Origin: a virus
Direction: 5' to 3' (one strand)
Virus record (IMG/VR): IMGVR_UViG_3300009111_000003
Length of the DNA: 61,596 nucleotides
Shown: piece after piece, positions 1 through 9,536 of the stretch
How the letters are laid out: every line of letters starts with the position of its first letter
Numbering within the stretch: the first letter of the stretch is position 1
Position numbers and translations under genes: made by a program
Notes under the pieces: model-generated
The model's database searches: none
What the model was told of the DNA's origin: nothing
Seen by the model: the letters and a program-made list of their open reading frames with translations, nothing else

Positions 1-123
1 CCGGTCTTCTGCAGAACCGTGTAGGCAGGAGCCAGCCACTTTATCGCTGGACGGTTCAGGTTGCCAGTGAGGGTCGAGGTTCCTGCAATGGTTCCGGAAA
101 GAACGTGATTCGTTCCTCCACCG
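1..123. repeat. Terminal direct repeat copy 1 (circular-closure overlap)
   Basis: The first 123 nt (ccggtcttctgcagaacc...cgttcctccaccg) recur exactly at 61474-61596. The repeat lies inside an open reading frame. Confidence 0.95.
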
Positions 124-1133
124 CTAAGTGTGAGTTCTACCCATCCCGGATTAGTTGTTCCGTTGCCACCATTGGTAAGGTCGCTACCAGTTGTGCCAGT
201 CTGGTAAACCGCAGTCGCGCTGTAATCGGTGTCTGAGTTATTTCCACCGAATTCTACGACTAGACAGTCACCAGCAAGAGCCGATACATTGCTCCAACTG
301 TTGAGTGTACTAAAGTCTACACCGGATGTAGTGGAACCTCCTCCGACATTTGCATCCGTACGGTTTACCATCGGCATTACACCGTCGCGTCGATTCGACG
401 GATCGGTGCCGACAGCCACATAGCCGATTAGACGAGGATCGCCGTATATACCGTCACCACCCGACTGATACGTTCCAGCACAGGCGGTCAATCCGGTAAG
501 AGCAGCCCCTTGCACGAACGGAAGAGATGCGGTAAGGATAATCGCTTCTGTTGTGTCGTCGTATACCGACTCAGTGATGCTCGATAGTGTTCCTGATTTC
601 GGACCGAGCATGCGGTTGATTACGGTGGTCTCGTTCCAGCCGCTCCAGTATGCCGTTCCGGAACTGAGAACAGGGTTCACTCCCGATTGAATGTTCAATC
701 GAATGCTAGACGGAGTACCAGAGAGTACAACTCCATCTATCCATGAGTCTGAGCGATTACCCCATTCCTCGGTAGACGTCCACTCGTCCGTGATGTAGCC
801 GAGAGCCATACGACGGCTGAATGTCCAGTCGGTAGACCCATCACCAATGCTCGTTGCCACGAGTGGACCGGAGTAAGCAATTGTCGAACTACCCGTAGTG
901 CCAGCCATGTAATTGTTTACGATTTTCAGGACAGAGCCGCCGTTAGGTACGGACGTTTGAGCCACATTCGCCCATGTGTCTGTGTAGGTCGCAGTACCAG
1001 AACTGCTATCCCACACCCTCTCGGCTACACTGGTGCCAAGAGCGGTCTCCGTACTTCCAGTTACGAGGTAGACATTCGACTTGACCTGCTGATACCCGTT
1101 CCCGGAATCCTCCCCAACAGCACCGAAAGACAT
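1..1133 (-). CDS. N-terminal part of a ~836-aa fibre-like structural protein that wraps across the window junction
   Basis: Hand translation from ATG 1133 (MSFGAVGEDSGNGYQQVKSNVYLV...) stays open to position 1 and joins in frame at 61473. An in-frame GTG at 1208 overlaps the upstream stop (GTGA) and is an alternative start. The ORF track misses it because it runs off the edge. Confidence 0.8.
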   Translation of the reverse strand, partial: MSFGAVGEDSGNGYQQVKSNVYLVTGSTETALGTSVAERVWDSSSGTATYTDTWANVAQTSVPNGGSVLKIVNNYMAGTTGSSTIAYSGPLVATSIGDGSTDWTFSRRMALGYITDEWTSTEEWGNRSDSWIDGVVLSGTPSSIRLNIQSGVNPVLSSGTAYWSGWNETTVINRMLGPKSGTLSSITESVYDDTTEAIILTASLPFVQGAALTGLTACAGTYQSGGDGIYGDPRLIGYVAVGTDPSNRRDGVMPMVNRTDANVGGGSTTSGVDFSTLNSWSNVSALAGDCLVVEFGGNNSDTDYSATAVYQTGTTGSDLTNGGNGTTNPGWVELTLSGGGTNHVLSGTIAGTSTLTGNLNRPAIKWLAPAYTVLQKT

Positions 1134-1204
1134 GTCGCTTGAACCGCTAATCGGTGATAGATGCTGCCCCCCACCAGTGACCGTACATCTGAGATAAATC
1201 TTCG

Positions 1205-1606
1205 TCACGGCTGGTCAGCAAATCTGTTCTGGAGTGAAGGATAGGCGGCATAGAGCGCGTCGCGTTTGGCGATCGTGTCGATCTCAACAACGAACTGCCC
1301 ACCACCAGCGACCGCGTTCACACGATCTATTACCGCCTGTGGTATCGGCTCCTCGGTTCGTACTAGGCATATCTCGGGAATAGCGTTGTCCTCCTCATAC
1401 GCATATCCCGCTTCGACAGGGCACCCGACCTCAAGACCACCGTAGGTCACATTGCGAGTTTGTCCGCTCTGGTTATGCCTGACCGTCCAGGTCTCGGTGG
1501 TGTCGATGAACAGCATCGGATAGGTGCCGCCCGTGACCTCTTTGATTTTCGTTCCACTCGCAGGAGGCGTCACTGTAATGACATCGCAGGCATACCAGTA
1601 AGCCAT
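1205..1606 (-). CDS. Hypothetical virion-module protein (133 aa)
   Basis: ORF track. SD ggaggg lies upstream of the ATG, and the gene sits in the tightly packed late operon. Confidence 0.65.
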   Translation of the reverse strand: MAYWYACDVITVTPPASGTKIKEVTGGTYPMLFIDTTETWTVRHNQSGQTRNVTYGGLEVGCPVEAGYAYEEDNAIPEICLVRTEEPIPQAVIDRVNAVAGGGQFVVEIDTIAKRDALYAAYPSLQNRFADQP

Positions 1607-1708
1607 TTAGTCTTCCCTCCTCGGAACTTCTTTAGCGGCTGCGAGACATAGCGACCATACGAACAGTATGGTCGCCAGCCACGCAATCGCTGCCAGCACC
1701 CACCACAT
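1607..1708 (-). CDS. Small membrane peptide (33 aa, MWWVLAAIAWLATILFVWSLCLAA...)
   Basis: Hand-translated. One hydrophobic helix. Its stop abuts the next ATG (TAAATG). Confidence 0.35.
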   Translation of the reverse strand: MWWVLAAIAWLATILFVWSLCLAAAKEVPRRED

Positions 1709-1711
1709 CGT

Positions 1712-1840
1712 CTACCCCTTGGGAGGAGGGACTGTCGGATCCGTCGGCGGTTTCTGCGGAGGCAGATCCGGAGTCGGCGGATCCGACAGCGGCGGCTGCT
1801 CGGGCTTCGGCTTCTTCTTGAGCCAACCGAACATCACCAT
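1712..1840 (-). CDS. Small proline-rich peptide (42 aa, MVMFGWLKKKPKPEQPPLSDPP...)
   Basis: It is the in-frame tail of track ORF 1712-2161. The ATG lies 5 nt after the upstream stop and is preceded by aggggtg. Confidence 0.35.
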   Translation of the reverse strand: MVMFGWLKKKPKPEQPPLSDPPTPDLPPQKPPTDPTVPPPKG

Positions 1841-1845
1841 CACCC

Positions 1846-2241
1846 CTAGTCCAACGTGATATCGAGATCGCCGATCGCGAACGTTGCCGTGTCGCCAGCA
1901 CCAACGGTCTTGCTCGCGCTGAGTGCGCCACCACCGTAGAACGTGCCAACGGTCACGGCAGACCAGACACCGAAGTGCGTGACGGTCGTCCACGCTGAAC
2001 CACCGCTGTTCGTGAATTGGAGTTGCGCGTCGTTCGAGATCGCGCCAGTGGTCGAAGTGGAGAAGCCGTTGGTGACGGCAGGACGAGCATAACCCGTCGC
2101 GCCAGTCAGTTCGCTTGCACCCGTGTCGCCAGGATCGGCTGTGTGAAGAGAGACGTACCACGCCGTCGGCCTCGTTGGGGCAGCATCATTCGTGAAGTAC
2201 CAGTTTAGCATGTCGTTCTCTGCTTGGTTGCTGAGACTCAT
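1846..2241 (-). CDS. Virion structural protein, unknown role (131 aa)
   Basis: ORF track, positioned after the capsid gene. The pattern NWYF...WYVSLHTADPGDTG...THFGVW resembles a recurrent phage structural family. Confidence 0.6.
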   Translation of the reverse strand: MSLSNQAENDMLNWYFTNDAAPTRPTAWYVSLHTADPGDTGASELTGATGYARPAVTNGFSTSTTGAISNDAQLQFTNSGGSAWTTVTHFGVWSAVTVGTFYGGGALSASKTVGAGDTATFAIGDLDITLD

Positions 2242-2311
2242 GTTTCCCTCCTTCTCATCTCAGACCCTACATGCACAGTGTACGCGGACAGTTCCATTTC
2301 GTGCAATGGAA

Positions 2312-2593
2312 CTACTCCGTTTCGAGATCTGGTTCGACCTCTTCGACGACTTCCTCTTCCATGACAACGACGCTCTCGTCGCCAGCGTCTGCACGCTTCG
2401 CCGCTGAGAGAGCCGCCTTCTTGTCGAGACGCCTGCACATGAGCAGACCATCACGACCGATGCGCTTCTCGTCAGCAGCCTTGAGGAGATCCTCGGGAGG
2501 GTCGATGATAACGTCGCCTGCATTGTAGACCTGCCCCTGAACGATAAGGGCATCAAGCAGGATCTCGACCGCCTTGACCTCTGCCATTTCCAT
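2312..2593 (-). CDS. Hypothetical head-module protein (93 aa, acidic C-terminus)
   Basis: ORF track. SD aaggaggt lies upstream of the ATG. Confidence 0.6.
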   Translation of the reverse strand: MEMAEVKAVEILLDALIVQGQVYNAGDVIIDPPEDLLKAADEKRIGRDGLLMCRRLDKKAALSAAKRADAGDESVVVMEEEVVEEVEPDLETE

Positions 2594-2615
2594 ACCTCCT
2601 TCTTCGGGGTCATCT

Positions 2616-2644
2616 GAGGGGGAGGCGTGAGCCGCCTCCCCCTC
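2616..2644 (-). terminator. Strong hairpin just downstream of the capsid gene (attenuator or mRNA stabiliser)
   Basis: Perfect 12-bp GC-rich stem gagggggaggcg / cgcctccccctc with a 5-nt loop. There is no clear U tract. Confidence 0.5.
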
Positions 2645-2654
2645 CGAGCATCTG

Positions 2655-3686
2655 CTACGACGCTACCGTCGCGTAGATGTGCCAGTCGGTGTGGTACATG
2701 ACAGGCAGACCGTAGATTCCACCGAGAACCTCGACGGAGATCGGGTCGTCGTCCAACTTCCAGATCGGACGGGCGAACTTGCCAGCCTGCGGCGTCTGAC
2801 CGCCGTGGTGCATGTTCGTGGTGGAGAGGAACTCACACCACTTCTCGGGAGTGCTTGCGGGGAGAACAAGAACCTTCTTGTCCGCGAGGAACGGAGTGAA
2901 GGCTGCACTGTCGTTGACGTAGCCCGAGTCGTTGATCTCGATCGGGAGACCACCGAGAGCCTCACCGACAGCACCCATCGGGACGAGACCGCCGCTGCGG
3001 ACGAGATCGTAGCCGAACTGGTACTGGATGAGGTTGCGGATCTTCGTCATCGCGGGAAGGTAGTTGTAGGTAAACTGGTTCATCACGAGTTTACCCGCCT
3101 TGACGGGGGTGCCACGGAAGAGGAACTTCCATGCGCCCACGTCGGAGACCGCGTCGGCGTTGGTTGCGTCAGACCACAGGGTCGAGACCGTCGGCTTGTT
3201 GCCAGACGGAACCTCGTAGTCGACCGCCTGAGTCTTGGTGTCGGGGTAGGTGATGGTGATTGTCCCCGTCAGCATCTGCCAGCGCAGATACTCGAGCCGA
3301 GTCTCGATCCGAACGTTGAGATCTCCCATGCGGTCGGCAATCATCTGATTGCCATAAGCCGTGTCCCAAGTTCCGGGAGTGCGGAGGTACATGAGGTCAG
3401 TCTCGTCAAAGACGAACTTCTCCCTCCACTGCACGGTCTTGAACGACTTGTGACCGACTCCGGGATGCGCCTTGATGGGCGACGGAGCGTTCGGGTAGAC
3501 CGCAGGGGTCATACCCTGGACACCAGTCACGATGTCCCACTCGATCGTGTCAGTGCCAGGACGGGCACCAACAATCGGACACCACGGAGCACCCGTGAAC
3601 ACTGACGTATCGGTCTTGAACTCCCTGATGATTCCCGTGAGAATCGTGTTCTTCAGGGATGGATACTGGTTCGCTGTTCCTGCCAT
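2655..3686 (-). CDS. Major capsid protein (lambda gpE-like family)
   Basis: 343 aa, directly downstream of gpD-like decoration genes and a protease/scaffold gene. Size and position are typical of the gpE family. Confidence 0.8.
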   Translation of the reverse strand: MAGTANQYPSLKNTILTGIIREFKTDTSVFTGAPWCPIVGARPGTDTIEWDIVTGVQGMTPAVYPNAPSPIKAHPGVGHKSFKTVQWREKFVFDETDLMYLRTPGTWDTAYGNQMIADRMGDLNVRIETRLEYLRWQMLTGTITITYPDTKTQAVDYEVPSGNKPTVSTLWSDATNADAVSDVGAWKFLFRGTPVKAGKLVMNQFTYNYLPAMTKIRNLIQYQFGYDLVRSGGLVPMGAVGEALGGLPIEINDSGYVNDSAAFTPFLADKKVLVLPASTPEKWCEFLSTTNMHHGGQTPQAGKFARPIWKLDDDPISVEVLGGIYGLPVMYHTDWHIYATVAS

Positions 3687-3710
3687 TTGGTTTTCGCCTC
3701 CTTCTTGGTA

Positions 3711-4103
3711 CTAGAATGTGTAGATGGCTCCGACTTCGTGACCACCGAGGTCGGTCTTCCATCCTGTGTCAGGTGCGGTCAGGTTCGCAGTGACGAACGA
3801 ACCGTGGATGTACATGCTCGCAGCCAAGCGAAGGTCGGCTTGGTCTGCGCTGACCGTCGGGTCGTAGTCGTCGACAAGGACGCCGAGGGCTACGCCGATA
3901 CCAGCGGGTGAGTTCCCGTTGTTGTACGGCTGGTAGAGACCGCTCGAGTCAACCTTACCCATCAGCGTGCCCTTGACGATCTTCGCTGAGACGGCAGTGT
4001 CGATCTGGATACCGAACTTCTCGAGTCCAACTGTGGAGGCGAGAATCTCGGTTGGAGTGCTGACCGCTGCGTCGGTGAACCGACCGTATGAAGGACGTGT
4101 CAT
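3711..4103 (-). CDS. Head decoration protein (lambda gpD-like), short paralogue
   Basis: 130 aa. It shares MTRPxYGR...TPTEILAST.GLEK and the C-terminal LHGSF/IHGSF...TF block with ORF 4122-4841. Confidence 0.7.
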   Translation of the reverse strand: MTRPSYGRFTDAAVSTPTEILASTVGLEKFGIQIDTAVSAKIVKGTLMGKVDSSGLYQPYNNGNSPAGIGVALGVLVDDYDPTVSADQADLRLAASMYIHGSFVTANLTAPDTGWKTDLGGHEVGAIYTF

Positions 4104-4121
4104 ATCGCTTGCGCCTCCTCT

Positions 4122-4841
4122 CTAGAAGGTTGTGATTTGACCGATCTGGCGAGCACCAAGATCTGTGAGCGCACCAGAGTCGAGAGAAATCAGACTTGCA
4201 GTGTTGAACGAACCGTGGAGGTAGATGACTCCCGCAAGAGTCAGATCGCTCTGGTCCGTTCCCTGAACGTACCAGTAGTCAGCAAGGATGCCGACCGCAA
4301 CCTCTGTCCCGTCAGAAGCGGTGTTGTCGTACGGAGCGAACAACCCACTCGCCGTGACCTTGCCCATGACCAATCCCTTTTTGAGATTGACCTCGACACC
4401 ACCACTGAGGTTGGTCGCGGACAATGCGGTAACGAGACCAGATCCATCGTTGCCACCAGCGTTGGCAATGGTGACGAGTGATGCTGCCGTCGCATTTCCT
4501 TCGACAGCAGCCTTGAGAGCGGTTGCTGTCGTGTTGATTGCGCTTGCAGCACGACCAAGTGAAACGTCGATCAGAGTTCCTGTGACGGTCACTGAGAGCG
4601 TAGCCGTCACTCCACCAGGATCGGTGTACTTGATTTGGATGTTGTCAGCACCCATTCCCTCGACAGCGGTGAAGACGAGATCGTTGTTCAAGCCCGTAAG
4701 GGCTGTCGTAAGACTGGCGAGTGTTACGCCAGTCTTATTGTCCAACTGGACACCCATCTTCTCCAGACCACGCGTAGAGGCGAGGATCTCAGTCGGAGTG
4801 TTGGTCACATCCGACACACGACCATAAGCAGGACGTGTCAT
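4122..4841 (-). CDS. Head decoration protein paralogue with a ~110-aa internal insertion
   Basis: 239 aa. The N- and C-terminal blocks are collinear with ORF 3711-4103, and an Ala/Thr-rich domain sits between them. Confidence 0.7.
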   Translation of the reverse strand: MTRPAYGRVSDVTNTPTEILASTRGLEKMGVQLDNKTGVTLASLTTALTGLNNDLVFTAVEGMGADNIQIKYTDPGGVTATLSVTVTGTLIDVSLGRAASAINTTATALKAAVEGNATAASLVTIANAGGNDGSGLVTALSATNLSGGVEVNLKKGLVMGKVTASGLFAPYDNTASDGTEVAVGILADYWYVQGTDQSDLTLAGVIYLHGSFNTASLISLDSGALTDLGARQIGQITTF

Positions 4842-4853
4842 GGTTTCGCCTCC

Positions 4854-5936
4854 TTACTTCCTCTTGTCTTCGGGAATGAACGCAACAACTTCGTCGATGA
4901 TCTTCTGGTCCGTCGACAGTTCTGGATCGTCGTCGGACTTGGACTCGGTCTTGAATCCGAGATCCTTGACCTGCTCGGCTGAGAGGACGACGACTGCTCC
5001 ATCAGGAACACCCGCCTCACCCTTCTCCGAGAAGTCAACCTTCGGAATGAGATTCAGGATCTCACGCAACTGAGCCGAGACCGTGCTGCTCTCGTCTGCG
5101 GAGAGATGAACCTCAGTGTCTCCAGCCATAAGGATCGGTTCTGCGAGCGAAGCGATCGCGGGCGGAAGACCAGACTCGATCATCGCGGAGAGTTCCGCCT
5201 TGACCGCAGCCGCCTCCTTGACCGACGCGCTGTTGTTCAGCGAATCAGTCAGTGTCGCAACCGCTGCCTGTGACTCCTTGAGTGCCGTCTTGGTCTCCTC
5301 GAGTTCTGTCGACAGCGTTGCTGTTGCCTCGCTGACAGAAGCATCGACAAGAGCCTTGATTTCCTCTGGGGTCATGCCACTTTCACCACCTTCCTCTTGT
5401 TTCGTGTCGGGCGTTGCATCCTCGGAAAGAAAGACCGCCTCGTAGGATTCTCCCGAAAGGGACACTTCCTCAAACGGCTTCATTCCAGGAATCCACGGCT
5501 CTGGCGTCCAAGCCACATGCCGCAGAACCGCACCTACGTTCTCTCCTGTATCGTGAAGTTCGTAATCGAACTTGATACCTGCGCTCGCGCCCAATTGCGT
5601 CGCCAAGACCGCCTGACGAACAGTGTCGTCGATGGGCTCGATGATTGCGTCAAGACCTTCGTCCGTCTTGACCAGATCCACGATGCGCCCACGAGCCGCC
5701 TCCGGATCCTCCGTGTGACTGTTCTTCCTGTCGACCTTGAAGAACGGCACGACATCGATCGTGCCCTTCTTGAAGTTGTTGACGAGTTGGTCGAGTACGT
5801 CGTCGGTGACGTTGAGCATCATACCAGGACGATTCGGCCATCGGTAAACCTTGTTACGAGGAAGGATCTGCTTGCGAATCCTTCCATTCTCTTCTGTTGC
5901 TAGACCAACATCGCTCACATAGGTCAACTCAGTCAT
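4854..5936 (-). CDS. Prohead protease / scaffold fusion protein
   Basis: 360 aa between the portal and decoration genes. The N-terminal globular domain carries H...GASAGIKF-type motifs. The C-terminal Ala/Glu/Leu-rich region looks like coiled coil. Confidence 0.55.
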   Translation of the reverse strand: MTELTYVSDVGLATEENGRIRKQILPRNKVYRWPNRPGMMLNVTDDVLDQLVNNFKKGTIDVVPFFKVDRKNSHTEDPEAARGRIVDLVKTDEGLDAIIEPIDDTVRQAVLATQLGASAGIKFDYELHDTGENVGAVLRHVAWTPEPWIPGMKPFEEVSLSGESYEAVFLSEDATPDTKQEEGGESGMTPEEIKALVDASVSEATATLSTELEETKTALKESQAAVATLTDSLNNSASVKEAAAVKAELSAMIESGLPPAIASLAEPILMAGDTEVHLSADESSTVSAQLREILNLIPKVDFSEKGEAGVPDGAVVVLSAEQVKDLGFKTESKSDDDPELSTDQKIIDEVVAFIPEDKRK

Positions 5937-7692
5937 CTTGTACCTCCTTCCATGACTCTACCAGTTCGACCGCGAGCCTGACAACCCCATTGACCTCTTC
6001 CACACTCGACAGATCCACAAGATCCAGGTATTCCGAGATCTCGTCTGGGGTAGCGGGAGCGTTCACACCGAGGTCGTTCGACAGTTTTAGTTTGACCCTG
6101 CCGAAGAAGTCACGGGCATTGTCACTACGCTTGCGAATGTCCAGAACCTCTGCGGCAGACATGTTCGCCTTGCTGGTGCCCTTGTTGTCGGGGGCTGTCT
6201 GCTTCCGAGCGGCTGCAACGGCTTGGTTCGCCCCGCCTGCCTTGTTGCCTGCTCCTGGACCCGCCTTCGCTGCGCCAGTGGCATTCGCCTGAGCCTCGAA
6301 CTTCTTCATTGCCTGCTCATCTATCTCCTCCTGCGTGCGTGTCGCAGTAGGAGCGTCTTCGTCATTGCGCTCGATGGTGGCAAGGTCAAGTCCGAGTTCC
6401 TGGGCAACACGCTTGCCGAGGGCTTCAACGAACTCATCGCTGAGTCTGCTACCGCCACCCTGAACGATAGCCAAGAAGATTGACTCAACGACCTTGCGTA
6501 CATGGTCGGTCATGTCGGAGAAGACGAACTTGGGAACAATCAGGGGCTTGTCGCCGTAGTTGAGTTTGACCAGAGGAGCAACCACGCTCTCGGTGAACGT
6601 GGCGGCAATGTTCTTCATCTCAGCCGTCACCATCGTCAAGAAGAAGTCTGACTGGTCTTGGCTCAGGTTGTAGGTGCCTTGTCCGTTCGTTCCGAGTTGC
6701 AGGAAGTGTGCCAAGATCGACATTGCCATCTGAGTAGTGTGATGGTCAATGGATTCGCCTCTGCTACTACCAGATGCGTTCTTTGCCCCGAATTCGGTGA
6801 GAGCGATGTCTTTAGGTAGCAGTATGGCGGTATCAAGACCGACCCTCTTGATTTTCTGGAACACCTCGTTCTTCTGCGTTGCCGAGAGTCCACCCATCGT
6901 AGGTTGAGCAACACGAATCGGGATAGCAGTGACTTCGTGTGTCTTGTTGTCGATGATGTACAGTTTTCGCAGTGTCTCGTAATGAACGTAGGCAGTACGA
7001 AAGTCGGACTCTCCGTACCAGTTGCCGTCCTCCATTCGATGAGTATACCAGAGGAGTTTCTCTCGTGGGATGAAGACAACTTTCCCCTCCGACATGTAGT
7101 TGGATTGCTGGAAAGCCCCCACAAGGTTTCCATGGCGGTCGACGACGGGTTTGGTAGTTAGCGGCGACCGTGGAGCGATCTTCCGGATTGCTATCTTGTC
7201 GTCGACCGCCTTCCATACGATCTCCATGGGCTTGTAGCCCGACCAGAAGGAAGCGGTCAGTTCGTAGAGAACCTGCTGCATGGGTATTTCCATGCCACCC
7301 TCGTAGCCTCCGAGACTGAGGCAATCATTGACGAAGGCGGCTATCTCACCGTCTTTGTCTTCGGGTCCTGGAGACAGATTCCACTTGGTCGCGAGGATCG
7401 GGAGTTGGAGCACCTTTATCATGGCAGCGCAGGTGCCGTTCCCATATCGCATGTCCGAGTAGATCTTGATATCGAGCGGATCGAGCGGGTAAGGAACAGC
7501 CTTGTACAGTTCTGCCCAAGTCTCTGTTCCTGGATCTCCTAACTCGACGTCCCAGTCAGGTGGGGTGCGCGAGGCGTCGGGGTCTTCGGTTCCCCCGTAC
7601 ATTTGGTCTTTGACAATCTTCTCGGCTTCTTTAGCACTCGGGGACTTGTAGTAGCCAAGAGTATTGACGACACGCTCCAAGAGCCCTGCCAT
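5929..7692 (-). CDS. Portal protein
   Basis: 587 aa, immediately downstream of TerL. Size and synteny fit a portal. Confidence 0.75.
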   Translation of the reverse strand: MAGLLERVVNTLGYYKSPSAKEAEKIVKDQMYGGTEDPDASRTPPDWDVELGDPGTETWAELYKAVPYPLDPLDIKIYSDMRYGNGTCAAMIKVLQLPILATKWNLSPGPEDKDGEIAAFVNDCLSLGGYEGGMEIPMQQVLYELTASFWSGYKPMEIVWKAVDDKIAIRKIAPRSPLTTKPVVDRHGNLVGAFQQSNYMSEGKVVFIPREKLLWYTHRMEDGNWYGESDFRTAYVHYETLRKLYIIDNKTHEVTAIPIRVAQPTMGGLSATQKNEVFQKIKRVGLDTAILLPKDIALTEFGAKNASGSSRGESIDHHTTQMAMSILAHFLQLGTNGQGTYNLSQDQSDFFLTMVTAEMKNIAATFTESVVAPLVKLNYGDKPLIVPKFVFSDMTDHVRKVVESIFLAIVQGGGSRLSDEFVEALGKRVAQELGLDLATIERNDEDAPTATRTQEEIDEQAMKKFEAQANATGAAKAGPGAGNKAGGANQAVAAARKQTAPDNKGTSKANMSAAEVLDIRKRSDNARDFFGRVKLKLSNDLGVNAPATPDEISEYLDLVDLSSVEEVNGVVRLAVELVESWKEVQDD

Positions 7693-7724
7693 CTAACTCC
7701 TCCAACTCTCTCGCGCAAGATTGA

Positions 7725-9335
7725 CTACAGTATACCACCGAACATGGTTTCAACGTCAATCTCAGACCCAAGCCAGTCATCGCCTGGATCCTGAATGAAG
7801 TCGTCTGGGTCAATCTCCGCGCCCTCAAAGACGCCCATAGCGCAGTATCGCTCAGCGTCCATGAGATGGCTTGACCAGTCATGGTACGGAATCTCGATGC
7901 CTTCCCGTGGCTGTCCGTCAGGTGCCAGCGGGTAGTGGTAGTTCGTTTTGCACTCAATGTACATCAGACACCGAGAGTGAACGCGGATCTGGCGATTCTG
8001 GTGCATGACCCGAATCAAACTGATTCCATCCTGCACCGCTTGCTTCTTGTACTGGACTTGGATTCCATGCCGTGCCAGTTCCTCAATGACCGAAGAGCCA
8101 GTTATCTTCTCACGCTGGATACCAGCGATGTCACCGAAGAACACCCAGTCGGACGGATAGTTCCGTTGCAGTTCCCTGATGTATGGAACGAAGTTCTCGA
8201 TGGGCTGACCGTCCTCCGACATCTCGTAGAACACGTCATACCCACCTATCTCGTTCTTCTGCATCAGCAGGAAGCAGGTCGGGTCGTTGAGTCCCCAGTC
8301 CCAACCACAGTAGACTGGACCCTTCTTGATGCTGTAGTCGACCTCTGCGTCGAACTGAACGGTTCCTGGAGCGTCAAGGTCTATATTGAACTCGGGGTAC
8401 ACCAATCCGCTCATTGAGGACGTGTATGACATCTCTAGTTCTCGTGCCACTGCTTCACGCGTCATGGTTCGGGTTATCTTCTCGTACCACGGAGAAGTCA
8501 GTTGTCCAGTCTTCTCATTGACCGTGAGTCCCTTAGCGTACTTGGGATTCTGTGACCAATGGAGCCGATGGAACTTGTAGCCAGTGTCAACACCCCGAGA
8601 GTGCATTCGCTTTATGCGAGCATAGTGATTGCCCGTGCCGTGCGGAGTGGAGTTGAGAATCTTACCACGCTTGCATGCTTGGTCTACCGCCATAGCGACG
8701 GCTTCGCTGTTGGGAACGAAAGCCCACTCATCACACACTGCGAATTTGTAGGTGCCACCACGCCCTGCGTTCGGGTTCGCTGATTCACCTACAAGGAAGG
8801 AGTCCATTGCAGGATTGTTGATTTGTAGGAACTTGAATTCGACTGGTGCGTATGCCTTGAGCCAGTCCTCTTGGTGTTCGTAAGCGTAGCGGATCTTTCC
8901 GAAAATGCTGTCTCTTGTGGAACGTGCCCCGCCGTCATCCACCTCCTCTTCTTTACGACTGAGATACAGACCTGCGATGTGAGGCCAGAATTCTATCGCC
9001 CAAAGCCCCAAGTCAGCCAGGATCCACGACATGCCCATCTGCCGTGATTTCTCCTCGTGAGAGTCATCGATGTAGAAATCACTGCCGTCTGGAGCAAAAG
9101 ACACGATGTCCCGTATGAGGTTCTCCTGAGCGTTGAAAAGAACCAACGGACACGACCTGTATATGCCGTTCGGCGGGTCAATGTCCGTGATGGTCTCGCA
9201 TTGCTCTGAGATGAACGTCCAAGGCTCGAATTTGTACTGCTCACGCTTAGCAGCCAAATCCACTGGCAACCCAGAGATCTGGGAAGCCAGTTTCTTGAAG
9301 AAGTCCTCTCTATGGTAGGTGATGCCACCAGCCAT
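7725..9335 (-). CDS. terL: Terminase large subunit
   Basis: 536 aa with a Walker-A-like KSRQMGMS motif and a C-terminal nuclease-sized domain, located upstream of the portal. Confidence 0.88.
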   Translation of the reverse strand: MAGGITYHREDFFKKLASQISGLPVDLAAKREQYKFEPWTFISEQCETITDIDPPNGIYRSCPLVLFNAQENLIRDIVSFAPDGSDFYIDDSHEEKSRQMGMSWILADLGLWAIEFWPHIAGLYLSRKEEEVDDGGARSTRDSIFGKIRYAYEHQEDWLKAYAPVEFKFLQINNPAMDSFLVGESANPNAGRGGTYKFAVCDEWAFVPNSEAVAMAVDQACKRGKILNSTPHGTGNHYARIKRMHSRGVDTGYKFHRLHWSQNPKYAKGLTVNEKTGQLTSPWYEKITRTMTREAVARELEMSYTSSMSGLVYPEFNIDLDAPGTVQFDAEVDYSIKKGPVYCGWDWGLNDPTCFLLMQKNEIGGYDVFYEMSEDGQPIENFVPYIRELQRNYPSDWVFFGDIAGIQREKITGSSVIEELARHGIQVQYKKQAVQDGISLIRVMHQNRQIRVHSRCLMYIECKTNYHYPLAPDGQPREGIEIPYHDWSSHLMDAERYCAMGVFEGAEIDPDDFIQDPGDDWLGSEIDVETMFGGIL

Positions 9336-9408
9336 TCGTTACTCCAGTCTGAAAGGGGGAGGAGATCGCTCACCGTGGGGGGAAGGCAGCGGCGACCTAC
9401 AACTCCCC

Positions 9409-9534
9409 CTATTTCTTCTTCTTGACCCGCTTGGGCAGTTTCTTGCCCTTTGGAGTCTTCTTCTCGAACTCAGCGGCGACCTTCGGGTTTGTAGCCCAAA
9501 GTTTCGCTCTCTGAGCCTGCGATTTCATGGGCAT
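9409..9534 (-). CDS. Small basic protein (41 aa, MPMKSQAQRAKLWATNPKVAAEFEKKTPKGKKLPKRVKKKK)
   Basis: Hand-translated; below the track's length cutoff. Confidence 0.4.
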   Translation of the reverse strand: MPMKSQAQRAKLWATNPKVAAEFEKKTPKGKKLPKRVKKKK

Positions 9535-9536
9535 CT

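Noticed and set aside
1-123. The terminal repeat as a genuine T7-like physical direct terminal repeat.
   Set aside because: It is short and sits in the middle of an uninterrupted structural gene with no regulatory features. An assembly overlap of a circular or permuted molecule is simpler. This remains untested without reads.
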